Source: Fimbriosthenelais zetlandica (taxonomy: Eukaryota). Taken from it: 64,000 nucleotides of DNA. Position numbers and translations under genes: made by a program. Location: NCBI GenBank assembly GCA_977030845.1, contig OZ365116.1, positions 18,972,001 through 19,036,000 of the forward strand, in the 5' to 3' direction. The notes beneath the pieces were generated by a model. The model was not told the DNA's origin, searched no databases, and was given only the letters and a program-made list of their open reading frames with translations. Positions within the stretch are counted from its first letter, which is position 1, and each line of letters begins with the position of its first letter. Of the stretch, positions 39,640 to 53,800 are shown in pieces.

Positions 39640-40110
39640 GGAGGGTTGAAAAGGGGGTCGATTGGGGGGGGGGGGGGGCGGGTTGTACACCGAAGAGTCA
39701 GCATGGGGAGGGCAAGAGCCTACTCGTAGAAAACCAGTGAAGCGTGAAGCAAGCTCCAGGTAAAAGCTAAGAGTCGGGGGGTGGGGGTGGGCAGCACACG
39801 CTCTGCTCTATATTGGAGAGGTGGGGGGGGGGGGGGGTAGTGAGTTAGAGTCGTGGTTGGCTTTCACACCTGCAGCAGAGGCTCGGTTGTGTCTATTGGA
39901 GAAGTGGGGAGGGGGGGGGGGGCGTAGTTTAGTTGGTAGTACTTTGGGGTAGGATAGCTGGCAGGACTAAGTAGGGGTAGGGGACACACATGGGTAGGAG
40001 TACTAGTTAGTTGGTTTAGGGGGGGGGGGGGGGGGGGGCGTTGTTAGCTTTCACACATACAGCAGACGCTCTGCTCTGTCTTTTGGAGAAAGGGGGGGGG
40101 GGGGGGGGAA
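39640..40110. repeat. Degenerate G-tract repeat in KPNA intron 1
   Basis: The unit gcag/cacgctctgctct...ttggaga-G(n) recurs near 39793, 39875 and 40061. Several G runs of 9-20 nt are interspersed. Confidence 0.7.
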
Positions 40111-41230
40111 TTTTAGCTAGAAGCTACAACTATACTAGTCTATAGTATTGATTACTATTACCCCTACCCCCTGCTTCTTTCTGTTCAATTTGGCTTTTAG
40201 GGAGCCCCAATTGGCGACACAAATGGCTCCTGCCCTTTTAGGTCTACCTGGAGCCCTGTACAAAGGAATAATTTTACAAGAAACTAGGCCTACCAGATAG
40301 GACATGTGATTTCTGTGACTGTGTGACTGAGACTGAGAATAGATAATAGTAGAACTACTATTATCAATGGACTGAGTTATGTGTATTGACTTTTGTGTAT
40401 TGGACTTTTTTCTTTTGGGAATATTTATTATAGACCTACATAAACAGGCCTATAGTGCTATACTATAGCACAGTGAATCAATGCCCAACCAAATTGTGTT
40501 TACACAGATAGATCTAGTTGGCTTTCGCACCTTTGTCCTGAAAATTAACCTGTGCAATCATTTCTCTTCTGATCCAATACACAATATTATAGCCTAGACT
40601 TGGGCAGGCACCTGACTTGACGTAGTATTTGTTGACAGAAGCAAAATGATTATTTGTTTCACCACAATTAAGGCTTTATTGATATATTTCACGATAAGCA
40701 ACAGTAATGGTCATTATTTCGATAAAATAACGTGTAATCTACGTAAATAGGATGAGAAACAAGGATGGAATTCCCGACCCAAGCCTGTCCTGACAGTGTC
40801 ACTGACATCCGACACCCAGGATCAAGCAACAACAGTTTGCCCACTGGCATGTTATGTCGTCATTGTGAGAAAGACTGGATAAAATTAGACTAAACCTAGT
40901 GTTTTACTACGATTACCAGATAATAAAATATCGACAGGACAAGTATCAAACGGTGAAACGTACCTTAGAGCCGTAGATTTGTTAAATGGTAAATTTAAAG
41001 CCCATACACAGCGTGGTTTTGTTGGACGTCCGCACGAGTCTCGGTGAAATCAGGTTATTGACAAAGACTACTGGGCATGCGTCAAGGATGTCCAGTCTGA
41101 TTTTTGCTTCCCCGTCAAGTAATTATGAATGATTCACGAATTTAAAGCCTTAAAAACTGTGTGATTACTATAAATGAAGTAATGGCTAAAGATCTAGAAG
41201 GAAATAAGGAGAAATATTCATGTATCTTAC

Positions 41231-41484
41231 TGCGGTGTCAACTATTTCCGAAATGATTGGTGAAATAGCGCGATTACAAATTAATTTACGCCGGTAATGA
41301 TTTACCTTTAATAAATCGTTTAAAAGAGATATCGCACTGATCTCAAGTTTTGAAGCATAAAGGTCCTTCTATTTAAAAAATCAAATATCTCCTTTATTTA
41401 ATAACATCTATTTAAGACTAACAGTTAAGAAATGTGTAGCTAAACTTTACTCGCGCATGAGTACTCTGCAAGTAAGATGGCGGC
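41231..41484. promoter_or_regulatory. Probable bidirectional promoter shared by KPNA and CCDC58
   Basis: A minus-strand donor at 41230 lies about 250 bp from the plus-strand ATG at 41477. A perfect YY1 motif AAGATGGCGGC (41474-41484) overlaps that ATG, and a partial NRF1-like GCGCATG lies just upstream. Confidence 0.55.
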
Positions 41485-42705
41485 CTCCGACCTCGAAACC
41501 ACGCCGGTGGCAACATGCGAAGATTTTCAAACCTTTCAGGTATTTACATTTCGCATGTATAATTCCTTTAGTCTTGTCTGATGATACGTATCATCACTCA
41601 GCATTAGCTGATATAACTTTCAAACCAATTCATTAATATTTATTCTTAAAATCGGCCATCAAACTTGCCGAGACGGGGAGACGGGCGGGTACGCTGGACG
41701 GGCCAGCCGCCTGTGCCCCAGCCCCTCCGGCCAGACAGTGGCTCCGCCTCCTGGCCCTGGTCTTTGTCAAGGTCAAAATGTTGCCTTTATTATTGTCCAT
41801 GGAAATTGGCCATGAATGCTGTGTTTTTCTAATAAAGATGCAATTTTCTTTTGAATATCTTGTAGGTGGTTCTTAAACAGATGAGAACGATTGATGATAG
41901 GTTAATACACGCCCTTAACAAAAGTATACCTACAGCATCATTTTCTAGGAAGATTGATGCCAAGGAACAGTGCAGAGACCTCTTTGACCAGGTAAAATGG
42001 TAAATTATATCAATTAGGTGAGATTTACAGATATTCATCATGTTTTTTCTTAACAATCGCGAAGTATACCGGTACACACAATGCATGCATAATGATTTAA
42101 TACCATTGCATCATGTGTTTCTTTTTTTCAGCTATTGAAGTCACACCATGATAGAGAAAACCTTATTAAGAAGTGCATTGGAGTGAAATCAGATGAAATA
42201 AATCTGCTGAGAGAAAGACGAATGACAGAACGTGAAAATCCAAATATACTTCAAGCATTGCGAAAGCAACAATCGCAGGTAATTTATTTTTATATATCGT
42301 TTATTAATTTTCAAATATATGGGCGTCTGTCTAAATACATATATATTGCCATTAATAAAATGTCTAATGAAAAGTAATTTCTCTCCAGCTTCGGTTGATT
42401 CAAAACGAGCTCGGTATAGAAGAAGTTGTACAGGACACGGCCAATAAGGTAAAGTCGATATTTTTAAAATAATGTTTTCATAAGTTTAATTCATAGTTCA
42501 TGAACTAAAGTTGCCGCGTTGAGACGCTGGGTATACATGTAATAGTAAGCTTAAATGGCTTAATAATGTAAGGTAATTATTGGCGTACACTAAACCTATA
42601 ACCAGTCTACTGTGTTAAATTTATTTTCTAAAATGCGCTATTTTATTTTTCTAGGTCTTCTATGAGAGGTGTAGGCTACACTATACACCACCTAAGACCC
42701 AATAG
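41477..42705 (+). CDS. CCDC58: Mitochondrial intermembrane-space protein MIX23 (CCDC58)
   Basis: Five exons: 41477-41540, about 41865-41991, 42133-42278, about 42390-42448 and 42655-42705. Protein ...CEDFQTFQVVLKQMRTIDDRLIHALNKSIPTASFSRKIDAKEQCRDLF...HDRENLIKKC...ELGIEEVVQD...VFYERCRLHYTPP matches the recalled CCDC58/Caffeine-induced death protein 2 family. Confidence 0.93.
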
Positions 42706-43371
42706 CATAGGCGGTTCACAATGTACACCTACATGTATATAGGTAGCATGACTCGTTATTGTGAAAATGAGTTAACACGTGCTGTGTTTGTTGACGTAAT
42801 GCTTGATTTTGGACAGAGGTGTAAGGGAACATGACCGGATGGAATATTTGTATTATTTACCAATTAGCACTTCATTTATACAAGTTTTGATCAAGAATAA
42901 AGAGTCGATATAACATGTATTTGTTTGTATTCCATCGGAGTATATAAAAAAGTAAAAAGCCCTCCAATTTTCAGAAAACATTTTATTGTTTAGACAAAAC
43001 ACCAATCATTCCTGCATTAAATAATATACGATCACATGGGCCTGTTTTACAATCCCATAATTTTGCATGGAGGCATTCAACGTTCACACTAAATAATAAT
43101 ATGCCCTTGCTCAACGATTGTAGGTAACTAAATCATTGTAGATTCGATAATCAGTCACAACCATGCGCCTGTCTTCGTCATTTGAAGCCGTGAACAATTC
43201 TCAAGTTGTATACTTGTGCGTTCATGAAAATATACATTCCATCTCACTGAAAAATACTAGTTAGCTTCCATATGGTAGTACCGTAACTTACATTTACACA
43301 TTAAGGCAGTGTGCTCATCGCCCATTAGATGGACCATATTATTATAGAGTTGTACTCTAAACCTCCACCTC

Positions 43372-43439
43372 TTTTCTAACAAGCTTTTTTCATAAAGTTT
43401 TCTCAATTTTTCTAACAAGCTTTTTTCATAAAGTTTTCT
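43372..43439. repeat. Short tandem duplication, period 36 bp
   Basis: ttttctaacaagcttttttcataaagttttct occurs twice, in the FAM162 3' region. Confidence 0.85.
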
Positions 43440-43555
43440 TAATTTTCAATAATGTAATTTAATTGTACAATGCATGCCATTGGTACACATACAAAATTAT
43501 TCTGAATGTCAGAGAAAACCTTTTCTATTGGATTAAAAATTTATTGTGGGTGGCT

Positions 43556-44397
43556 TCAACCTTCCTTCTTCATCCGCTCCTCCCGTCCCTTTTCTCGCAT
43601 CTCGTTTTCCCATTTTAAACCACGATTTCGCAGACTGTCTCCACTTCCCTGTCTGGACTTGGCGTATCCTATGACCACAATACAGCCAACCACTGTGGCA
43701 GCTGCCATCCAAAGGTTTACTCTGATGCGAGCCCAATCTCGAGCCTTTCTCATTTGGGTGAAACTGAAAAAAATGTCCATCAGATTTTGAAATCGGATAC
43801 ATTTGGGGAAAAGGTGAAATTCAAGAATTTGAACATTGACTGAGGATGGTTTACTCACGAGACTTCATCTGGCACCTCCTCTATTGACTTGTAGATTTTT
43901 GCCCAAACTAACATTTTCTTGTCCGTAGGAGATGGACAATGACGCTCTGAATAGAGAAGTTTAATATCACAGGTGAATTGTGGTTAATAAATGAAATACC
44001 CGGTATGTATAAGTATACCAGACTACATGTAGAGTAGGCATATCATTCAAATTTCGTAACTAAGGAATTACAAGTAAGAGAAACTTCTGCAAAAGTCAAA
44101 GTGGGCGTGGCAACTCTTGTTTATTAATTTAGACATAGATCTTCATCTAGGTTAAATGGCCTTATTTAAGCGACTTTTCCTGTTAGCATGACTAGTGATG
44201 CGGATGGAAACATGTCATAAACGTTTACCTCCTAAGTTAGTTAGCACCCTTCCCGTCCATTTGAAACCTCTCTGACTTTGCCATTCTCGTCCTGAAACCA
44301 TAACAGTGCCAGTGGAGGGGAGTCCACATCTTCCCCTGGCATTTGGCGATGACACTTTATACGAAAAATACTGAAGTAAACCCCTCGGAGACAGCAT
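43556..44397 (-). CDS. FAM162A: FAM162 family (DUF1075, HGTD-P-like) mitochondrial membrane protein
   Basis: Exons 44397-44229, 43946-43859 and 43763-43556 join in frame. Arg-rich presequence-like N-terminus, then HCPSPTDKKMLVWAKIYKSIEEVPDEVS...KARDWARIRVNLWMAAATVVGCIVVI. It is a co-orthologue of FAM162A and FAM162B. Confidence 0.88.
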
Positions 44398-44746
44398 TAT
44401 ACCCTCGATTGTATCTACGAAGGGAGAAGATTAACTTAGAACTGACTGACAGTGTCTCTGAGTCACTTTGACAGCAAATTCCACCCGGACATCGATGAGT
44501 ATCGTAGGGCGATAATATGTTCAAAGTCAGAGTTCCATTTGGGGTTGCAACTAAATCAGGGATCCGAGTACTTGGTAAAAGGAACGGTAAGTTAGGAGTT
44601 AAAAATATACAAATCATAGAACTATGATACACATAGGTTTGTTGCAATTTTATGAATCATACATTAAAATAAATCCGATGAGAACTAGCTAGTTTGTTAA
44701 TAGATAAGAAATTAGTAAAATAGCGTTCCAAGTACGGAGTAAATAG

Positions 44747-44886
44747 AAAATGGCGGTACTTCCGGTACCTCTTCATAATGCGTATCTTTCAAATGATTTT
44801 TGTCAAGTCACATCCCTTGTAGGTTAATATCAAGGCTGAATCTTGTCGCAGTTATTTCTGGGTACTCGCATTAACGCCTGGTATGT
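44747..44886. promoter_or_regulatory. Candidate bidirectional promoter upstream of FAM162 and possibly ZUP1
   Basis: YY1 motif AAAATGGCGG (44747-44756) abuts ETS motif ACTTCCGG (44758-44765). A good plus-strand donor CTG|GTATGT lies at 44880/44881. Confidence 0.45.
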
Positions 44887-47800
44887 ATATCTTTGGTTGA
44901 CACTTTGGTATTTTCTTTAAATTCGGTAATATTTGGTGTCCAGGGTAGGCGCCATGCCTTCGCATCACAGACAGGTTTGAGGGGAGGGTTATGGCATAGG
45001 GAGGGCCAGGTTTTATATTTGTGTCAGCTGCTAGATCGCTGCCCTTTTAGATATTTTAACATTATAAAGAAGTGATTTTATTATTTTCATCGGTAGAAGC
45101 ATTTTTTGAAGGTACAATTTTGCCTTTTTTGTAGGCCCTTATAAGTTGCGTTTATGCTTATCTGACCTCTCCTTTTTTGACATTTTATTTTAGGCATTCT
45201 GACAGTGTATTGATCAAGTTCGTCTGATGGCATAGTGATGGTTTATGAAGTGTTCATCGAAGATGTCAATCTACTAAAGTTCTCTTCCTTTGAAGAACTG
45301 CCACCATCGGTAAGAAAGTTACAACATTTTAGTAATAACTTATGCGTCATACACTTGTTCTTCAATGGACAATGCGCCTTTCTAATAAATTGTAATACCT
45401 TTACTTGCAGGAAATTTTAAAGTGATAATTTTTACCACTGAACAGGTCAGAAGTGAGCGCAGTTTTATACACAGAATTCCCGGCACATTCTGGCATTTCT
45501 GTTTTCTGGCACAGAATTATTATGTCCCAATGGGATTGTTGGCAATTCAAGCAAATGTTCAATGTCCCATTATTCTTATAAATTTGATGTCTATTAATAA
45601 AATGATATTTATTGAATTTTTAGAGCTTCGGTTGCTGATCTACACCCTCAAATTACCTAGATAAAATTGAGACATTCACATTTTTGTTAATTTTTTCCTT
45701 TCAGAATTGAAATGTGTACTAATATTCTCTCATGATCTACATCTGATTATTTATGTTACCGGTACTTGGATGCAAGACAGAAATGAAATCGTCTTGTCCT
45801 AAAACGTAATGTCTCTCGGGTGTCTGTAGAACCAGGTTAATTTCCCCTTTAAGTCAGCTGATTACCCTTGTCACCTACTCATCCCCTCACAATCCTTGTC
45901 CCTGGAGACAGACCAATCAACTCCCCATCTACCAAAGAGGCTTCATCCCCTGGCCCATCACCCAAGTCACCTCTCAGATGAGGTATCCATCACCTCTTAT
46001 ATCGGCTCCATTTTTAACCATCTTCCTACTCTTTTCACTTTTGGTCCAACAAATATTCTTGTAAGAAGTTGATTGTGTTCTAATTCATATTCAGTTAATA
46101 TCATATCATGATGTTTTAGCTGTCGGGTTGTAGATGTTCGTTGTTAGCATATTTAAATTAAAAATAATCATGGCAGCTTGCTGCATCAATTTAAGCGGGT
46201 GAGGTTAGTCTCTTGGCTCAGTATTCAGTGTAAGCCCCCTGTGGATCTCTGGCGGGCAAGTGCAACAAGAACAGCACCAAATGGCTTGATGTATGGCAGG
46301 AAATACAAGTTGCCTTAAAACCCTAGCATCAGGAGGTAAATCTCCAGTCAAAGCCCTTCAGCTCTGCCTACTGAGCTCCAGTCAGTCAGTCCATTGATAC
46401 CCTAGGCTTGCCTGCTCACATTGTAATTGTGGTCTAGAGTATGGCTCTGCCCCCACTAGTCACCCGGAATCTTGGACCACTCTCTTACATGCTTGTCATA
46501 TGCCTGTGGAGTGCCCCCAACCCCATTCACGTCTTGGAAGCATTTGCCTTGGAGGTAAATGCCTTGTGCCTCTTTGCTCTTAATGTCCCCTACCCCTTGC
46601 TGTGTACGTATATATCAATAACGATGCCAGCTGCTTTTGCCAAACAGTAAAAGAAAGGTCAGAACAAGCACAAAAGCAGTCTGTGTTTTGAAAGAAACAA
46701 GTGTGTGTTGGTAGGATATGATGGTGTGCTGCCAACTCCCCACTGTACCGTACTTTGCCTTTTGGTCAGCACACGTTCAGGCCTTGAACTCTCTCTCTCT
46801 CTACAGGCAGTCTGTGTATCTGGACTGTTGTAGTGAAGTTGATCTACTCGACCCTGTAGGCCAACCAGAGATGATTAACACGGCACACTTTTAGATCTAT
46901 CTGAAGCTTGATGGTAGCCAGTAATTGATTAGTTCTCTATGAAGTACAGTATATTCAGTTGTAATTGGGAACGTATTTTGATGGTAAACGAAATATTCAA
47001 CGATAATATGGTATACATGGTCCCCTATATACCCACCTCTTCACACTACAATATATTGAAAAACCAAGATGTCAGTGAAGACATTGGAGAAGGTTTGTTA
47101 AGTTGGTTTGATATATTATGGGTATAACGTGTTAGTTTTCCTCTCTCTCTAACGGCTTCCCTCTACTGAATGAATCCCTCGAGCCTACTTTATGTTACCC
47201 ATTTCCAAAGGAAAGTTCTCCAATAAGTTTCTATAATTGAGAAACAGCACTTGAACTTCCCAGATAGTTTCCCAAGTTTTCAGAAATAATTGTGGATGTA
47301 GTTTATGAGCTGATGATTTGTGAAGATCATCAACTGTACATACATGTATATAATTTTCGAATCAGAAAATCAGATATATATGTAATTAAACCATACAGTT
47401 TATGTGGCCATTCATTGCTTAATAGAGTCTTATTTTTGCCCTCTTTCCTCAGAGAACCCGTTTAACCTTTGCTTAGTAAGCGTCCCGCCACTATCTGACC
47501 TTTAACAGGACCTTGGTGTAGTATATTTCCATGAATGAATCCTCTATACTGTGCTATACTACTACCCTACCCCACAGCTGCTATGTTCATCATGTATGCT
47601 TTCACTCCTATAGGCGCCATAGAGGGTGGACATCATAAATAGTTGTGATCTGGTTGCCTACAGACCAGGCCTCTATACAAACTGCACATCTCCCCCGTGT
47701 AAAGAACCTAATACATTCACCGTCAACACCATGTATCACGTGGTTAATCAGTCTGTACTGGGACCTATTTCAATCCCCATCCTGCCATACATTTTAATAG

Positions 47801-50800
47801 AGACCAAGCAGGTCCACAGGCTTGCTGGCATATTTCCCTCTCCTCTATAGCTCTATACCTATTTTATTTGTAATAGGTGAAGTTTGCTAGCCTCCCATTC
47901 ATTGCCATTCACCCTTGCCACCCACGCAACATGGCAACAAACGCCCTCATTAAACGGGATGGGAGGGGGTTGGGGGGGGGGATGTTTGGTCATGAGATAT
48001 TTTCATGTGCCTTAAACTCTTGCCATTGTTATCTCAACTTGCCATCGTAAGTAACGTACATGGAATTTGTAGAGCATGCATTGGGAAATCCCTGGTAGAA
48101 AGCCATGAGTTCTCAGTCAGATACCAACTAGCTCACTCCATGCACTGATGCTCGGTCAGGAGTAGCTCTCATTCCAAGTGGAGCGTGTATCCATTGGATG
48201 ATCGTGCAACCAGTTGGATCCACCGACCCTCCACCTACTGGTCCGTATAGGGTACATGGACCAGCTACAACTCTACTATTGCTGCTGCCTGCAAAGAGTT
48301 TGCTTGCTGGCTGCTGCTAATTGGTATTTACCAGATATTGTGATGAACAATTGACAGACATGCCTCATTCACTTCCCTATACCACACCCGCAGTTTGAAA
48401 TGACAGTTGTTGTAGTTCATCATTAATAATTAGATGAATATTGTCATATTCGTTCCTGTCTCGTCAATGGAGTTCTTTTATTGCTTTGGCTTGCATCGTG
48501 TATGGAAAAATCAATGGAGATAGTGGCCTGGGAGTGGAGCATATTCAAGTGCATGGGGGGAAGAAGAAGCTGGTATGGTACTGGTGTACTGATGAGTGGA
48601 GGCTGGTAGAGAGAAGGAACATTGACTGATGCTTGGATGTCTGTATCAGCTGGGAGCAGGCAATCTCTCTACTAGAGGAAGAGGACCAGGAGGAAGAAGA
48701 GGGGGAGAGCAGCAGGAGGAGGAGGAGCACAAGGTGACACCTGCCGGCAACAGGAGCAGCAGCCCTGCCCTGGAGGATCCTATACCACTATAGAGAGAGA
48801 CGGGACCGGGAGATAAGAGACGGAGCGAGGCGGATACCATGCTGGTTAGCGGACGTCTCATGTTGGGAGCGGTGAGGGTTGAGAGGGTGCAGGCTGGCTG
48901 CTCACACATACCACTTTACAGATGCTGCTCCTAACACCGGTTCAGACATCCACCGGTCACCGCTAAGTGTCCTTGGCAAAATCTTTAAAGAAAAGTATTC
49001 ATACATTGGAACTATCTATATTTATATGAGAGAGAAATTATTAATCAGCAGGCAAAGGTCTGGTTCCTGTCACCAACTTCGATTGAATTGCACAAAGAAT
49101 GTGTGGAGGGGTGTGAGAATTTGTGTTCTTCAGCTTCTACAGGCTTTATTATCGTTGGATCAAAGTAACTACTGAAGTGTTTTATAGTGCAGCAGCAGAA
49201 AGGAGGTAAATGGAATATCATGTTTGTTTAGGAGGCAAAGAGATGAGAGAGAAGGGCCTCCTTGTTTACCTCTTAGAGGTAGCTCTCTCCGTGCCAGCCT
49301 GGGGTCGCAGGTGGGTGTATGGTTCTTCTTCTCAATCACCTTTCTCTTTATTAATCAGAGCAAGGCAGGCATAACACAAAGAAAACCACAGACTTCATAA
49401 TGTCCTCTAATTCAGAATTATAAAATGAAACATGACATGCATGGACATGTTCGGGGATAGCACGTTCTTCCTTTCATTTCCAAAGAATATTTTGTTATAT
49501 TGCTTGGTGTTTAAGTAGGTTTTTCAATAAGTTCACAATGCTTTGTATTGTACAGTTAGAAGTGGACAAAAACTACTTTAAATGGGTGAAATTGTATTCC
49601 ATTGGTCGATTGTACTGGTTGCACTTGAAGGTAACAGGTACGTTCACTTGGTGTTGGCAGATGCCAGCCCCGTGCGCCTATTTTAGATACTACTCGTAGT
49701 CATATCTCACTACCCTGTCTACTATACTGGTGCCTAGCAGTACAGTATTGACACTTCTATCCCTGCCTCAGTGTGTGTAAGGCCTCTACTTCCACACCCC
49801 TGTATGAGAAGCCCCCCCCCCACCCCACCCCCACACACACTGGGGGTACATATGTGTACATTCCCATTTCATTTCATGTGGCTTCTCTTGTGGCTCAGCC
49901 GTCGCTTCATTTTAACAAATTGACACAGGTCAGAAAGGGCTATAAATACCAATAGAAAAAGCTACCTGTTTGTCAGAGCTCAATGAGATGGGTACGTGCT
50001 TGGTGTATGGTGTAGAGGTACAATATTTACTACAGCAAAGCACCTCTCTGTTCTGTAGGGGATCGTCAATGTAGCCCATTGCCCAGGAGGAGATTCACAA
50101 AGGTAGAGGCATGCAGTGTCATCATGAGTGCCGGTGTCTGGTAGACGGCACTTTACCCTTTGCTTCTCCTCCATCACTTCTCCTCCACATACCTGTGCTA
50201 ATTTCTCCATTAGCTTATTTAAGGAAGCAATGAGGGGCTACTCTTGTTCTTATTAAAAGCCCATGTGTAGTCCCTTTGAGACCTTGCTTGGAAGGATAAA
50301 ATCTGGAAGATTGTATAATGTTCCATTGTTTCATTTATATTTGTAAGTGTTGTAGGAGTGCATATTGATAAACTATCCCTTTCTTTCTGGTATGTCATTC
50401 AATATGACATAATGTATTGTCAATTTGACCATATCGGTTCGTCTTGCTCCATTTTGAAGACAGAGGGCTTTATCAGATATAAGGTGAAATAGATTTTAGA
50501 ATTGAAGAAAAAGTGAGAAGGGAACTCTGTAGGTGTACCGTCAAAAAGAAATCAATAACTAATTATAGACTTGGATAGGGTAAGTCGGGGGACAACTATC
50601 GACATCTGAGAACTCCTGTATATATATTATATATCATTCATGTTGACACCCACCCGTGTAGATGACAGATTTTGATGTCATTCATAACCCCTGCCCTTCT
50701 ATCTTGCATATGAGTTATATCAGTTCTGACATGTGGCATATCTACGTGCCCACTGTTGGACATGTTCAATGGTTTGCCTCGGCCATGTGCTTTCTGAGGT

Positions 50801-53800
50801 TTGCTAACCCAGAATTTATTGATATATGATCTCACAGCTGTACCTCGGTGACATTGAACATTCAGCACAGAACTGTGCCAGGTTTGATGTATGTTTTATA
50901 CCCTGGCTCATACTTGCTGGGAATATCAAGCAGATGGAGTAGCCCAGGTGCACTTTACTTGTGTTTGGGTTTAGGGGTACATAATGATTATAGATCCACA
51001 CTTTCCTGGTATACACGATGTGTTGCTTCCCTCGTTATCGAAAACCTGACATGTTTTCAACCCTTGTTTATTGGCCTTTTCCTATTAGTTTATGTATGCA
51101 TTGCCTACCATGCAGAACTCCTCAAGAGAATGCTGAATTCCCCGAGCAGCATTTCGTACAATATTTCCTTTAGACCAAAACTCTCAGATTTGCTTGCAAC
51201 TTTCTTTGGTCATACCTAGATTTACGAAAAGTTTCTCTACATAGAGAAATGGTACAGGTGTAATATATTCATATTGCATTCATATTACTAGTACCCGTAC
51301 CCGTTATTGAGCAGTCCTTCAATGTTTAGGATTACTCCTCTGGGCTTGTGGCATATATTCAATGCTGTTCAATACTCAGATCTAAATATTACATCATATG
51401 ATGGATTGCGGCCTATTTTTTTCTGGGTAGGTTTGTGTCGATGGTAGAAATAAAAAAATCCCATGCATCCATAAAATACTGAAACTAATATCGATTACTT
51501 CTGATTTCCATTATATTTCCATGAGTGTGTACCACGCATACAGTTTAGAACCAAGAGGTAGAGACTTGAATTGGTACTATCATCTTTTCACATTAAAAGC
51601 ACTGCCTTTTTCTCATTGGATTCCAGCATAAGTTAGCAATTTATTCTCATAATTTCTAGATCTGCATGGGTAAATTTCCAGAATTAATTGATGAGAAAAC
51701 AAATGAAAGTTTGTGTTGAATATAAAGACATGTATCCTAATGTTGCACGGACATGCACATACCTATAAGATGTTCCTGATTACTTGTGTCTGAGAAGTAT
51801 TTATTGATTTCCAACGTCTCTGCTCTCTCAGAAAAGAGACCACTGTCTGCACTACTTACAGGACAAATTTAATTGTATTCTGACATCTGATACCATTCCT
51901 GGTCTAACTGGAAAGGACCCCCTCACAAATAGCCCAGTAATAGGTCAAATGGGACATGAAAGTCCACTGGGCTGAGCCTCTTTACCCTCTCCCCTCTACC
52001 ATCTCAGCATTCCTCCCGTTCCTTACTCCATGCCATTGCCAATGATGATCTTACTCCAAGGACCAACTGCCTTATAGGTCACAGCCTTGTCTTAGTGTAT
52101 TGACTCAGACATTGCATGCCTGGCCTCTATATATGTGGCCGTTTGTGCGCGAGCCGTTTGACCGATCCACTCTCTATATCAGATGATTTTCTGATGAATA
52201 TTTCAGACCAGCTTGTCACGGAAGCATATTAAACTGCTGGCTTATCATGATTGTTTCTACATCCATTTATTTCCTCTCTCGTTAATTCTTCCTTCCGATA
52301 CAAGGCTATAGAAATAACTCATTCACTAATTCTGTACTGTAGGGTGATTTAGTAGAACTGTGCTATATACAAAGAAGGGAGTACACCTGCAGAACTGTCT
52401 TTCCTGTTGTATTGAAGATGTGTTGAGATATGCACATACTAACGTACATGGCTGGGGAGGCCGTATTTCTGTCATATGTAATGATAACACTTGTTGGTAC
52501 CAGAGGTATAAATATAATAAAATTTATCTCGTAATTTAAACAGAAGTTCCAGAACATTTTGCAGTTCATTCTATGTACCAGGAAGCCATAATGCTTTCAG
52601 GCCGTGGCCTGGGCTCAGACACAAGCTCTGATGTATTTGTACTCGTTTGCGCCAACGTTTTATATCAGACTGCAAGTTGGTATTCCGTGGGCCCTTGCCT
52701 TGTATGTGGACTTGCCTCTTGTAATTGTGTTAGGCCTCCTGTGTCCCCCATCCCGTTATGCCTTCCTCCACTGCCTAGTCCGGATGGGGAGGGCTGACTA
52801 GACTTCTCACTGATTTAACACCTAACCACTGGTCATTCACAGCCATATCAACATTTTATGTTCACCACGGTCTAATCCTAGTCTGGTAGAACATGTATGA
52901 TCTTTTCCTTATAGCACAAAATATATTCTTACTTGCTCCCAATATACTTGGGAGGACCTTAATACATAGGCGATTGATTATTTCAATGGCCAGATTAAGG
53001 TAGGACCCTGCCTAATAAGGTCTGCCATATTCATCCCTTCCTCTCACTAAGACCCGCTGCTTAATAAGGGTTGGTGTAGGTCAATACATGGCTGACTGCT
53101 TCTCCTTTAGTCTAATAGACTTTACAAAACTTATCAGATTCAGCTTAACATCCAAACTAAACTTATAAGTGTCCTACCTGTAACTTAATTTTAATATATA
53201 TGTATGACATGTGTATCCAGACTTGCCTGACTTATATATAATTAACATGATTTTGGGCGTTTTTCTATTGGTCTATGCTTCCTCCTGATTTTGACGGTCA
53301 ATAGCAGGCCATATTCTGTGCTGTCACGTTAATGGTCATATATGTGATAGGCGGCACTGGGCATAATAAAGGGCGGTTTACCCTCCCAAGTGTGCAGTCA
53401 AGACCAACAGCCTTTCCCCATATATTCCATGCACTGATTCCTGCCTGTATGCAATGCTATTTACACATATATTTCATCTCACCCACCCTCATCCACACTT
53501 GAATAATCATTTCTATTCTCTCCCCGAAAGTACAAATGGAGTTAAAAGTGCACGGATATAGAAGTTAGTTTTACTCAAGAATTGTACTTTCTCTGTTAGA
53601 GAATCCCCCGGGTTGATCATGTCAGTATGGTAGTACTGTATAATCAATGTAAAGCTTCTTATGTCAGTCTTGTGGGAGAAGGATACACATCTGACATGTT
53701 GGGTCACATAAACCTTACATCAGTGTGAATTATACATTACGCCTGGTCCTCTCTCTACTGGTCTCAGTGGTGTTAGTAGTATAAACCAGTTGTATTTTTG

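Noticed and set aside
48545-48909. Minus-strand ORFs with Leu/Ser runs resembling a signal peptide, and a 55-aa plus-strand ORF
   Set aside because: These are products of a GGA/GAG-rich low-complexity tract, with a non-ATG start or no supporting features.
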